The notes beneath the pieces are model-generated. The model made no database searches and was not told the origin of the DNA. It worked only from the letters and a program-made list of their open reading frames with translations. Positions 36,058 through 36,512 of a DNA stretch of 36,512 nucleotides are shown here, piece by piece. A program made the translations under genes and the position numbers. The stretch is from Macrostomum lignano (taxonomy: Eukaryota). Position 1 is the first letter of the stretch. Each line of letters starts with the position of its first letter. The stretch is taken from contig NIVC01004737.1 in NCBI GenBank assembly GCA_002269645.1, positions 1 to 36,512 on the forward strand. The letters are read 5' to 3'.

Positions 36058-36512
36058 CCCTTAATTTTTATTTATATTTCTATATTGGCCCTGGATGAGA
36101 GGTTTCTACCATAGACAGTTGTTATGGGGTAGGAATTGAAGGTGTGCAGGAAATGAGCAAGCGTATCGAATAGATGCGGCAATGAAAAGCAAGTCTTCAA
36201 TTGGCTCAATTAGCTTAGAAAATTCTAAATAATCAGAAGTTATTGACAATAAAAACAAAGAGATAAAAAACTTCTCAATAAAAAAATTAAGAATAATAAT
36301 AAAACTGAAATTCTTGGTTAACACGCTAAGCTAGCCAATTAGTTGTCAAATATTGGAAAAGTAAACAACAAAAAGCAAGGGGATAGGAGTTTTGGCATCC
36401 CAGCTTGATATTAAAGCTATGCCCAACTTCACAGATTTTATAGTTAGTTCACATAAATATTATCAAACCCAAGCTAGCCAGCAGTTATACTACTCATCAT
36501 AGTAAAAACTTA

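Overview
Eukaryotic (metazoan) genomic DNA, not prokaryotic. The AT-rich introns, GC-rich low-complexity exons and abundant intronic minisatellites resemble a free-living flatworm such as Macrostomum, but that assignment is inference only. Three spliced minus-strand genes can be rebuilt by hand with GT-AG junctions and consistent phases: (1) the first four coding exons of a TMEM131 homologue (4258->3180, continuing off the left edge); (2) a complete 5-exon type II phosphatidylinositol 4-kinase (12905->9248, 492 aa); (3) a complete 6-exon DUF389 membrane-protein gene (34596->20120, ~762 aa). An unrecognised plus-strand gene (~5394/5430-6670) lies head-to-head with TMEM131. About a third of the window is tandem repeat, in 12 mutually unrelated arrays (17-82 bp units), mostly one family per intron, including a 6.3 kb 49-bp satellite. 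There are also two tRNA-derived SINE types (one CORE-SINE), hAT- and MULE-like MITEs with target-site duplications, an intronic E-box array, two sharply bounded CpG-depleted domains, and a recurrent GTCTATGG(CC) motif shared by three arrays. Most ORFs in the supplied track are translation artefacts of repeats. All alignments and counts were done by eye; no CRISPR, rRNA or intact tRNA gene was seen.
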